Shown: positions 37,001 through 48,190 of the stretch, piece after piece | Layout of the letters: every line of letters begins with the position of its first letter | Position numbering within the stretch: position 1 is the first letter of the stretch | NCBI GenBank assembly: GCA_905178155.1 | Contig: CAJINV010000001.1 | Location: 481,643-545,642, forward strand | DNA: 64,000 nt | Reading direction: 5' to 3' | Source of the DNA: Amoebophrya sp. A120 | Lineage: Eukaryota > Protista > Dinoflagellata | Translations under genes and position numbers: made by a program | Notes under the pieces: model-generated | Told to the model about the DNA's origin: nothing | Databases searched by the model: none | What the model saw: the letters and a program-made list of their open reading frames with translations, nothing else

Positions 37001-40000
37001 AGCGGGGTATTGTGGATATTGAAGCAGCCCCCCGAGAAGGGGCTGCCTTGTGGCATACCCGGGGACAGATGCCAGTATCTGTCCCCGGTCTTGATTCTGA
37101 CGGTTCTAAAACTAAGCCACTGCACAGTGGCAGCAGCTAGATCTTCCGGGACCCCTAACTCATGCATAGTCTCCAGCAGTTTTTGATGTGAGACAACATC
37201 AAAACCTGCCTCATTGTCGTTCAAAAGTAAGAACTTCCTCATGCCTTTTGTATTCATTCCTTCCGGTGAAAATAAATACTCAAGTATCGAAATTGCGCCA
37301 AATTCTTTGCAGAAGTTCTTTCTGTATGCAAGCGAGAAGAGGGGTAGTTGTGGTTTTGCATTTTCAATCCGTTTAGCCCCATTCCACTGATATCCCTCCA
37401 GCCAAAGGCAGAGCCTTCGGTCCTGTATCACCTCCCACACCTTCGCATAAACTGATAACAGGGAAACTGGCCGGAACAGGCTCTCCGTGTAGGGTTGCCC
37501 TTCGGTTTTCCCGACCGGGGCAAGGATAATCTCCCTCCCTATTTTAGGGAATTCGTTGTATTTGATTAAAACATAATAACACCTGTAGAGACACTCCCAC
37601 CCTGTTCCCGTCAATGCTTTCACCAACTCGTGCGTGACCCCGTCCCTCCCTGGGCTCTTGTTGCATTCCAGTTTTCGTATAGCCGCCGCAAACTCCGTTC
37701 GCGTCAGCTCCCAAAAGTCGCCCGCCTCTGCTTTAGCGTGCGAGCGGTCCCTAGCGTCCTTGCAGGCCTTTTCCTTCCACTCGCTTTCGTCCGGTACAAG
37801 AAAACCATTCTTCGTGTACACCTGGTCCGGTCTACCCTTGTACTGGGCCGCGAAGTAGTTTACTACATCTCCATGCGTAGCTGTAGCTTCCCCGGGTATC
37901 GGCTCGGCCGTGAGCTTCTTCTTTTTGATTGCCTTCAGCGCTGCTTCATTCTTACGCTTTTCAATCACTTCTACTGTGAGCGGCGGGCACAACTTGCAAT
38001 TTATACTAGTACGATGCTTTTGCAATGCATATATTCGACGTGTCGGCCATGATGTTCGTCGTCCCGCTACTGCTCGACTCCGCCTCGGGAACCAGCCCAA
38101 ATTTTTCCGCCCGAAACAGGCTTGCCTTTTTGTTCAGCACCGTTTCGTATCAACTGCAAATATGTCTGGGTCTGGAAGAATGCTAGTTCGTCATGCTTGT
38201 CTGGCATGACTTGAGAATCTGTGTTGCATAGGCACGAAAAGTCCCCCTTACCTGATATACAAAAACGCAGCTTGCCATGCGGAATACGTAACATTCGGCA
38301 GCCAAAAAATTTGTCTTGCATAGCTGCGTTTTGCAGTGCGTCTATCATTCGCTTTTAGCACTACAAGTTTCCAGACCCAGACATATTTGCAATTCATATT
38401 TCGACGTCCATGCCCAAGACCTGGTCCGCAACCTGAATCGCGACGGCCTCGACGTAGGCTATGGAAGCGTCAGGTTTGAAATCGACAAAGTTGAAATGAT
38501 TTGTAATGCACAAAATGCGACACAGAGACTGACTCTATTGCAGAGGACGCAAGGGAGGCTGATTCTAGTACTGGTAAGGGTGAGGAATTGGGTTGCTGAC
38601 TAGCATGACAGGGAGGAGCCATCTTGCTCTAAACAGCATGACAGACTTCCTTCAGAGGCCAGGAAAATTTGTCATGCGCCGATTGGAAACTGTGCTGGGT
38701 CCAACTGGTATAGATTTTACGCATTGCAAACTATTTCAACTTTGACGATTTCAAACCTGACACATCCATATAGGCGAGCAGCTGGGTAAAGACGCGGCTG
38801 CGGGGGCCCTGGTACATGGACTTCCACTTCTTTCCCTCCGCCTTGCCGGAAAAAAACCGCGGATTGTTTTGCTGCGCCTGCCAGAACTTCTGTGTCACCA
38901 AAAGTGTCGACGGGGCTGCAGCGGGTGGAGTAGATTTGATATCTTGTTCAACATCACTGTCTTTATTTGTCTTCTTCTTCTTTTTGGAGGAATCACCTTT
39001 CGCAGCTTTAGCGTCCTCTTTCGCCTGTTGCTTCTTCTGGACCTGCTTTCTCGCTTTCTTGTACTTCGCTACAGCAGTGTCCGCGAGGTCATCAATCGTT
39101 TCTTCCGAGAAAAAACCCTGGGCGAGCAAATTTTGCACCGCTATTTTCGTCGGAAACACCTGCGAAATCCGAAGCTTTTTCTTCTGGTGCACCGGTTTTT
39201 TGCTACTTGCCTTGTCAGCGGAAGATGGGAGTGGAGCTGTTGAAGATGGGCTATGAACCGCTGCATGAGGACCTGCGCTGGCGGCAATGTCGCCATTTTC
39301 TTCTTTTTTCAGGACCTTCGCATTTATTTTCGCTTCAGAAGAGGAAGACTCCTTTACCTCCTGCTCGTTGATCATGTTCTTGGAACTTTTAGGTTTCACA
39401 TTTTCATCCTTCTTTTCGTCGTTCATCACATGCGCTTTTTCATCACTTCTTGCAGCGTTATCGGACAGGAAGAGAAAATCCGACAGCTCGACATCTACGT
39501 TCTTATTCTTCGCTTTTCGGAGTCGCGGCAGCGCAAGCAAATCCCGCTGCCGCGTCAATTCTTCACATTTTAATATTTTCATGTTGCTACGAACTCCATC
39601 GTTAGCTGGTCTTTCAGCAACTGAGGGTTCCTTCTTCTCCTTCGTTTTCTCTTCCTCAAACCGTTTCGCCACCTGCGTGAATGCCCACTTGAGCCACCAC
39701 ACCGCGCGGCCGGGTCCGAGTGCGGTCATGAACGAGTGCGCCAGCACGTGCAGATTGCACTCCACGCGGGCCACGTTCTGCGTCAGCACGTGCATCGCGA
39801 TTTCTTGGTTTGTCGCGTTGGCCTCCAGATTTTGGTCGTCGTTCCGCGCGTTCGCGAGCACCTTTTCCATGGAGGAGTAAAACCGGCCCTGCTGGGACAG
39901 GGGCCAGGTCAGGCTCTGCAGACTGTTGATGCCGTACCACTTTTTCAGCGGGTGCTTGTAGATCTCGCCCGGCCTCAAGTCCGCCAGTCTCCCCTGGAAG

Positions 40001-41690
40001 ATCACCCCCTGCCGTCGCGGCTGCTCCGTCCACGCGCTCTTGTCGGGGGCCTCCGTCTCGAAGGCCGGCAGGCTCTGGCAGTAGGGCGGCTGCTTGCCCA
40101 CAACGATGTCCGGGTAGCTTTTCTGCAGGTGCGGTCCGTACACGTCGACGGGCAGGTCGAAAGCCATGTTATCAAATGTAAAAGTGTCTGGGTCTGGAAG
40201 ATTGGCATTTGTGATGCTAACTTTGGACTCTAGAAAAATCTGTATTGCATGACCAGCAAGAGGAGTCTAGTTTGTGCTACGCGGGGAGGGCGTTTGTCAT
40301 GCGGAGTAGGCATCAGGAAGCCCGCTCAAAATCTGTGATGCGCGGTCGTGCATTACAGACATCCTGGATCATGCAAAACATGCATGACAAATCTCAGAAT
40401 CTTCCAGACCCAGACATTTTTACAATTCATACATGTCGTGCAAGGCGTAAATCTTCTCCTCGTCCTCCGTGCCGTACAGAGCGACGGAAGGGTTTTTTCT
40501 GGTGGATTGTGACATCAAAACAGCCAGAGAAGCTTCGGTGTTGTTGTTCACAGCGTCTTCCTGTTGCGTCGGATGCGACAAAGAAGAGGATGAAATTCCG
40601 CTTTTCCCGACGTGCATCTCCCGGTCGCAGTTCTTCAGAAAATCTTCATCTACTTCCGCGTCGAAGCTACCAGTTTTGATATTTTCGGTCGAATATTACA
40701 ATGAAAAATGCCCCCACCCCCGAACTTGGGAGCGTTTGCATTGCAAACCTTTCCAAGTGAAACACTCGCCCTCTTGCATCTATCAGCGTCACAGGTTTCC
40801 AATCGTGAATAGCAGAAATTTGTACTGCAAAAGACCCCAGCGATGGCGGCGCTTGTCATGCAAGCCATGCGATACACGCCTAGACTCTGCATCAGAAAGA
40901 TGCATACTCCTTTCATGCATGACAAAAAGTTTGCATTTGGATTAGGAAACTTCGCATCACAAATTTTTGCAACTTTGGGCGTGGGGGGCACTTTTCACTG
41001 TAATATCGAAAGTAGAATCCTTTCCGTGTACAGCTCGAAGCCTTTCCGCAGCATCGCAATGCCCAGTTCGACGCGGATCAGGGGGTCGTAGTACACGATC
41101 TCAGCCGACGTCAAAAACAGCTCCCCCACGCGGAACCACACTTCGGCACTGTTCACGTCCAGATCTAACGCGGCCAAGGCCTGGTTTTGCCACTCCATCA
41201 GCAGCGCGGGCGGGTCGTGCTTCTCCACCTCCTTGTTCACGCGCCGGACCCCCTTCTCCTTGATACCCAGCTCCGTGCCCTGGGGGCCCCACAGCACCAG
41301 CGCTTCCGCCAGCTGGTCCAGCGCGCGCCGCAGGTAGCCCGGGGCGGTCTTCGTGCTCCATTGCCGGATCCACTCTAGCCGGAGTTGCAGCAGCTCTTGT
41401 TCTGCGGATAGCGGGTGGGAATCCCTGCTTTCGTCTGGCTCTGGCTTTTTCAAAGTGGTCCCACTGATGCTGGTATCGTCTTCTTTGGCGAGATCATAAT
41501 TCTCGAGAAGCTTGTTTCGGGTAAGTTGTAGTTCTTGCTCTTCTTGATCCGTGTTGTCGTGGACCTGCCACGTACTTCCCAGCATGCGGAACGGCTGCAC
41601 CGGGGGAGCGGCAAGAACGCCGGCCTGCACATTGACGAGAGGCAGGACATTGACGAGTGGAGCTACGAAAAAAAACGAAGGGCATCTCAT
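31038..41690 (-). CDS. Secreted TIGR02466-like 2OG-Fe(II) oxygenase protein, paralog 3 (about 1021 aa, 8 introners, one holding a LINE)
   Basis: N-terminus MRCPSFFFVAPLVNVLPLVNVQAG; motifs HPVHTHHSGIVSCAVY, IFLDPRG, GDVVCFPSWLVHQVPPH..RVGIAF; spliced length 3066 nt, a whole number of codons. Confidence 0.82.
31190..31499. mobile_element. Introner family H
   Basis: TIR TATGG.A.TGTCAGGATCGAAATCGACA.AGT.GAAATGATTT; DR CCTCT/CTTCT. Confidence 0.9.
31618..31901. mobile_element. Highly degenerate introner with no recognisable DR
   Basis: Weak TIR TGTCCTGTGGCAAAAAGCTATAGCA vs TGCTAAGCTATTTCCCCGCTGATA; removing 31613-31901 gives DPRGKSVFFDY, matching paralog 2 DPRGKSVWAQY. Confidence 0.65.
31743..31796. 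repeat. Three perfect tandem copies of 18-nt CTATGGATACAACTGCGC
   Basis: Read directly from the sequence. Confidence 0.95.
32132..32385. mobile_element. Introner family A
   Basis: Family A TIRs; DR GTACT/GTGCT. Confidence 0.9.
32590..37994 (-). mobile_element. 5'-truncated non-LTR retrotransposon (RT, RNase H, C-terminal Cys/His motif)
   Basis: TSD TGCAATTT (32582-32589 and 37995-38002); poly(A) tail (T run to 32597); RT and RNase H motifs; no endonuclease domain retained. Confidence 0.93.
34830..37994 (-). pseudogene. LINE pol ORF (RT-RNase H), 5'-truncated, with a 1-nt frameshift near 35950
   Basis: RT motifs KSPGRDG, FRPVSLL..AKVWE, GMPQGSPFSG, YSDD. RNase H starts as ATDG in one frame and continues as AE..DS..WTPGH....ND.AD in another; C-terminal DHILFECP. 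Confidence 0.88.
38148..38398. mobile_element. Introner family A
   Basis: Family A TIRs; DR TTTCG. Confidence 0.92.
38460..38770. mobile_element. Introner family H (inverted relative to 31190-31499)
   Basis: Family H TIRs; DR TAGGC. Confidence 0.9.
40170..40431. mobile_element. Introner family A
   Basis: Family A TIRs; DR CATGT. Confidence 0.93.
40694..41005. mobile_element. Introner, family D-like
   Basis: TATTACAATGAAAAATGCCCCC / GGGGGGCACTTTTCACTGTAATA; DR TCGAA. Confidence 0.9.
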
Positions 41691-42240
41691 CCTTGGCTTT
41701 CAATCAAAACAGAGGCCGCGAAAAGAGCAATTGGAAAAGATCTGATCACTCGTGACTGGTACTAGTGCAGCACGGTGAAAAACATGTAGCTCATGTGGCC
41801 GGTAAGCAGCTTAAGCAGAACATTTTAGTTCGCGGCACAAAGGGTCGCGTATACCGCATGGTGATCTGCAGATGCGCATAGTTCATGCCCAATAAGCTTT
41901 TACTTTCTTTCGTTCGCTGCAAAAAGCGATGCAATGCTCTAGGTCTTCTTACCACGAACACACAAAGCATTCCCGAAAGAGCAAGCCGATCAGAATCCCG
42001 TCAGTGCCAACATCTTCTCTATGTTGGAAGGGATGCAAGTAAAAGGCCGCCATGATGCGCTCGGCCGAGATGCATTCGTGTGGTTGCGCTTTGGGAGTAG
42101 CTGATCCGTCGGTTGGAAAGGAAATGGAAAATAATGATGAGATGTCATACACTACTCATTCCATGACATGATAGAAATGGCATGCTCAGCAAAACCGGGC
42201 TTCCGATGATTCCACTGGTCAGACAAACAGGGTTCTTCGG

Positions 42241-45200
42241 TTATTCTTCGCGTCTCCGCAGGCGACGACTTACTTTCAACAACACTTCTTGGGGCGTCCA
42301 AGTCCATATCTTTCCATTATGTGTATCTTCCACGACCTCCCCAATGACCTCCTTGAATGCCTTTTTCATTTTATCGCTGACACTGTCCAACTGCTCTTCC
42401 TCTTTCTTCGGCTCCTTTGACGTACCAGCGTCAACTGCTTCGCCGCCAGATGGTGGGGTAGTAGCTTTCTCACACGCACTTTCTGCAGTCACAACCGCTT
42501 CTTGTTGCAACAACGCAACGAGGCTGTCAGCAAACAGGAACCCTGCGGCAGGACTACCCAGCATCCCCCACAGCGGCCCAGTGCTTTCCAGAATGTCCCG
42601 CAAGCTGTTCCACACGATGTCGAGCTGTGGAGTGCGTAACTGAAGCCAGCCAACATCGAAGTCCGGCTGGCGGAAGACGTCGGAGATGAACAGCTCGGCT
42701 GTAGAAGGAGGCAAATCCGTGACATAAGTGTCCTCGCCGCTGTAGCCCTTTGCGCCGAACGAACCCCACAAAAAGCCCTGCAACAGCGGCTGCCTCCAAA
42801 GATCCATGAAAAGCGGAAAGAACGCGAAAGCAAAAGCGATGTACTTTTGGCAGCGCAACTTTTCTGGCTTCGACCCGTCACCGTTGATGCGCCAGGGTGT
42901 TTTCTCGTGGTCCTTGAAAGTCTCGAGGAAGGTGGTTGCAACATCGCGATCGCTAGGAAAGAGCATCTTTTTCCTTGTATCCCACCGGTCGAAAGCCCTG
43001 GGTGGTCCGACCTCGTCACGAAGAAAAAGGTACGACTCAATGGCGCCCTGAATGGCCGCCCTCATGAGGCCCCCAAGCGGGGCGAATCTGCCCTTTATCA
43101 GAGGCAGCGGCATGCCCAGAACGCCGTTGACCAATATGGGGATGCGCTCGCCACCCGCCAGAAACAGTGACGATGCTCCCGCCGCCTTCGTTACAAGGTC
43201 AGTAGATGTCCCCGGCGAGCCTGTGAAAGTGGTCACCGCCTTGTTCGCAAAATCGTGCTCGAACTTATACCCTGCGGCGTCGCAGAAGTTGCCGCCTAAT
43301 AAAGGGTGCAAGAGTGTGGTGATTCGAACCAAATTCCCAAATATTTCGTCGTGGCAGCAGCTCAGTAGGCACTCGTCGAACGAAAGTTGTGGAAATGTTG
43401 AACCTGCTTCTTCTACGTCAGCTGGGGGTTGGAGCCGCTTGATACATGCGAAGTCACACGTGTGCAACGACCACCCACAAGCGTCATAAGGTGTCAACGC
43501 GGCTACTTCCCAATTTGGGACTTTTAAAGCAATTGTACTCACTAACCCGAATGCAGCTTCGAAGGCCACTAGCACGCTGAAGGGATGTTCTGCTGGTAGT
43601 TGTGGACAGTCGTCTTTCTTCTCCGACAGCAGTTCTGCTTTTGCGTAAGAAATACCCACCTGCTGCGCAAAGCCACCGAATTTCTCGGTAGACGGGAGAC
43701 CTAGCCTGTACATGCAGTCCGTGCCCTCCTGTGAAATCTTGTCCAGCAACAAAACTCCGGCCTGCATCCAGCCTCGTCGGAATTTGAATTGCGGACCCGG
43801 GTGCCACTCCGTAGGAATTAAGCTGGCTTCACCATCCTTCTTGGCCCTAGCGCAAGGGCCAAGCAAGTCATCAATGAGATTAGAAATGCTGGTAGTAATG
43901 GTTGCGGTTGAGCCCTCCATCGGGTCGTTTTTGGGGAAGCGCACACAAACGCGGACTGGCTGCGCCACAGAGGGATGAAGTCGGCACATGTTGCGTATTT
44001 GCACAAATTCCCGCGCCTCCTCGGAACCTGTCGGGTCGCAAGTAGATGTCGCGGCCGTGGCATCCGGCTCCTTCAACAAGCATTTCATCATGTTGCGCGA
44101 CTCAATGAACTCGCAGTTCTCCAATTCGCAGAGCCGTCGAGCGCCACCTTCGTTGCTTGGCGTGGCTATCAAGTTGCCCTTCTGCACCGCATTCCAACTC
44201 CGGGGATCTCCCGCGATCCACAGTGGCCCGCCATCGATTAACGACCACGTGCTCTCCGAAAGCCATCGTCCGATCAAGTCCCTCGAATACCGCACGAAAA
44301 GGTTCGCGTTGCTGCGAAGATGTGACGCAGAAGCAAGAATGGTGCTCTTACTGTTCGGATTCTGGCTCGAGGAAGCGGAACTTGCTGGCTCAGACCACAA
44401 AAAATTGAAGTGCGTAATTAAATCCCCAAGACGTTCTGAAACTGTGCTTTTGTCGCCGCTTCCACGACCAGTACCAGCAGCTATACCGCGGATGAAAAGA
44501 TTTATCACGCTCCGCTGCGCCGTCAAAATTTCGTCCAATACGCCAGCGTCTGCCTGAACTTGGCCCCGAACTTTTGCCTGTGCGTTTTCATCGGCTTCGC
44601 CTTTCTTTTCCTCCAGCAATGCTTGCAGGAACGGGAACAAGTAGGTCACGCCGCGAAGTGGGCTCTTCCTCTGCGCCTCGTTCTCCGGTCGAATGGGCTG
44701 GAAATCATAGTACAGCTTTGGAACGTTGAGCGGGTTTCGAAAAGTGCGCGTCCCAACGAAGTTCAAGCCCATTTGCCACTGCCACTGCAAATCCAAATCA
44801 GGTACGCTACTAGAACCCAGAATCGTTCCCGGCGGGGGCGACTCCATCCGCAAAACGCCAAGTGCTCCATTGTTGAGAAAATTGATGCCCGCATCACGAT
44901 TTCCCGAGGCCATCACGATACAAGACGCGAGACGCCGCACGCCGTCGTTCTTCCAAATCCGCTCTTTCAGCTTCTCCTCCTCCCTCGGTTTGCCCGTCGC
45001 TGCCATCAATTCCCTAGACTTGCGCAAGACACTCTTCTCGAGACACATGGAGAAAATCGCGTCGTCTGTAAACCCAGGAGTGGACGAGTCCGATCCAGCC
45101 ACCACACCTGGCCCCATCGCTCTCAGGTCCTTGAGTAGACCCTGGGGGTCTTCCTGGAGATTCGCCCAAGGACACACAGCAGGACCCCCCGAACCCGAAG

Positions 45201-48190
45201 ACAAAGCTGTAAATTTTTTCCACTGACCCAACTTTTCCTCGAGCCATTGCGGGCAGAACAATGCGTCGTAGAGTTCCGGTGTGCATTTGATGCATTTGCT
45301 GTCCACTGCCCGGGTGTCAGCGACAAGAATTGCTGAAAGTCGGTAGGTTTTCTGCTCCTTGTAATCAGCTGGCGCAAATGACCACTCCACGCATTTGTTC
45401 TTGTCTTGGTCATGGAAGCACCGGCACACGTCGGAGAATTTAAATGAGGACGGCAGCGTCGGTGATTGTACCTGGCTGGTGCCCGTCGCCGTCGGGGTCG
45501 TCTTCGTCACCCCTGAAGCATCATCTTCGGACGCCTGTTGTTCCGAAAATTCGAAATCGATGCTCATGCCCGGTTTGATGTGGTATGCTTGAAGTTGGGG
45601 TAGTTCGGAGGACTCTGGATCAACTGGAGTATTGCTGATCCTCAACAACAGTAGTTTCAGATCGACGATATGGTTATCGGTAAGCGTTATAGCGGTCTGG
45701 CGTTCTTTCTCATTTGGCGGGCATGCGAGTTTTGCAGCATTATGATCTTGCTTTTGTTCAGGAAAAAGCTGGCGAAGGACAATCTGAGCTGCTGCAATCT
45801 GTGGATATTCACCACCCGCCTCACCGGATTTCAGATCTGCGTCTACGAGAGGAAGATACATGTTCTTTGGCGCTATCAAAGCTTTGTTCCATGGTGCAAT
45901 CCACTTTCTCATTGCTCGCTTGTTATTATTTATGAATCCTTCAACGTTGCGCTCGTTCATCAGCTCCTCGAGTTCCAGCGGATAGACAATTACGGGTCCA
46001 GGAGTTTTATCGTCTTTGCAAACAGACTCGCTGCCTGCAGCGACGCAAAAATCCAGCGTTTTCGTGGTGAAGTCAATTTTCTCCGAGCGAAGATCTAGCG
46101 AGAACCCGCTGAAAAACGATTCTGACGGAGAACTCGCTCCCGCGAACCAGCTGCGCACGGGAGCAATTGCCGCAGCCAACGACAAAGCGCCGGACCCGCT
46201 CTGTGCTTGCGTCTGCTCCAGTTGCCGCTGCCTTTCGCGTGCAGCTTTCACTTGCTCGACGAATGCAGCAGACAACTTTTCGGACCAACTTGTTCCACTC
46301 CTAACCCCAGCTTCTAGTAACGTCGAACCTCGCGGCGGTACATCCCCGGAGAGGTGCACTTCCTCCGTCTCGGTCGCATCGACGGATTGCGCTGTTTGTG
46401 CAGGGTTAAGGGGAGCCATGGAGGAGAGTTCCTTGCTTGCAGTTTTCCCAGAACCAGTGGTCCTGCTTCCAGTGATGGTGTACAACGGCACTTCCAAGAT
46501 GTACGCCCCCAAGTCAACAAAACTACTGTAGAGGCAGCCTATTCCTCTTGTAAACGCAGACGAAATGGCCCGCCCTGCTCCCACGACGAAGTCGATCGGG
46601 CCCCATTCGTGTGGAAAGGTTGATGCGGAGGCAGGATGTGATTTCGGCGTGTGTTCAGAATTACCCGCCGGAGAAATGTTTTTTGCTCCGGCTGTGGTCG
46701 ACGACGAATGCTGGCTGTAAGTCGGCTCAACTCCTGTGCGCGACTTTTCGGTTGTTGACAGCGCTGCTGTTGGTGAGGACTTCTCCGGATCCTTGTACTC
46801 TGCAGGAGCTCTGAGATCCTCATGGCTCCTGCCTGCCTGCCTGCCTGCCTGTACCCTTTACTACTGCGCTTTCGACGTGGCCCGCTCGTTCTGGCGGCGC
46901 AGCATCGTCCCGGACCGAAACTGCCGGCTCCGACTTTTTCCCCGCGTATGTCATGCGTGCCCCGGTGGCGCCGTTGTCGGTCGCGGCGTTTTTGTCCAAC
47001 GAATCCTCTTCCATCGCGTCGCTCGTCTCAATCGTTACAACGACCGTCGGCTTCCTGTTGGCATTGCCGCCGGAAGTCGAGCCCAGCACGTTGAAGCCCG
47101 CGCGACCGCCGCCAGAAGTCAAGGATCTTCGCGTTTTGGTAGATGCAGAAGTACTTCTTTTCACTGGAGAGGAGGAAGACAATGCAGCGCTGGAATCTTC
47201 GAGGTTGTTTTCTCTTCCATCATCCCCACTGAAACTCGCAGCTCCTGTGTACTCGTCCACCTTCCTTTTGTGCTTGATCATATCCTCCACCGAAAGGTAG
47301 TTCGCGTGGTCGAGGCCCTTCTCGTCAAGCTGCCCGGCCGCAACACCTAGCGTCCCATCTGGTAAAAATGAAAAATCGACTCTGGCAGTCGTTGGTTGGT
47401 CCAGGTCCGTGAAGTGCCCCTGTTGCACGCCACCTGATTCTTGCCCAGCACCAAAGGAGCCGCCTGCGGCCGGGTCGCCATGGTCAAAAGACACTCGTTG
47501 GCCTTTTCCGTTGAAATACGCCGTGAAAGAAGGCGGGACATCTTCAGGAAGAGCGGGTCTTCCAGTTGATTTTGCATCTTGTTGAACGGCACCCTTCTTC
47601 ACCTGAACATCAGTGGAAGAAGTGGTGGATGGAGCTCCGGCACTGTGTACTGGAGACGGCGGCGCAGCACCAGCTGGATCGGAAGATTTTTCGTTCTTCA
47701 CCGCTGCGGTCGTACTGGACGCGGCCGCGATCGACGTGTCGTGGCTACTCTGGTCGTCCACCTTTCGTACGACTGGAGCAGCGACGTGTGCCTTTGAATC
47801 CTCGCGCGGAACTCCGTGACCGGGGTGCAGCTTCTCGCCTTCCAAATTCTTATTAGCATGGCTCTCGTCAGAACTCGAGGCAGTGACGACGTGCGGTCGA
47901 GCGTCGACTTGAAAATCCAAAGTCGAAGATGGCGCAGTTGCTGAACCAGATGATGGAGTGGTTGTAACGGCAGCAAGCCTTTTCCCTTGTTTATCAGGCG
48001 CCGAGGAGGTGTCACTACTGGTAGAAGTCTCTCCTGAGGCCGCTGCGAAGTTGTGGTCCCATGTAGAAGTTGTGGTCCCGCCACTTAATGTTTTCGAGGA
48101 ACCTGCGGCGTCGAAATCTCCATGTCGTGGCGGATCTAGTGCGAGTCCGCCGATTGTAAGGACGAAAAACAAAATCAGCAACACCCGCAT
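42241..48190 (-). CDS. Probable single ~1980-aa secreted protein (S/T-rich N-terminus, Cys-containing C-terminal region), frameshifted at 46828-46851; unknown function
   Basis: Signal-like MRVLLILFFVLTIGGLA. The frame of ORF 42241-46584 stays open up to the (CCTG)6 tract, where ORF 46820-48319 ends. Confidence 0.65.
46828..46851. repeat. (CCTG)6 microsatellite in coding sequence
   Basis: Six perfect units. Confidence 0.95.

Larger units (their letters stand above)
32469..38031. mobile_element. Introner family B split by a LINE insertion (5563 bp in total)
   Basis: 32469-32589 plus 38003-38031 reconstruct a copy collinear with 5408-5558; DR TATTC. Confidence 0.92.

Noticed and set aside
37995-38100. 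N-terminus of the 757-aa RT ORF as a real start
   Set aside because: It lies outside the TSD, in host exon and introner sequence; the LINE is 5'-truncated.
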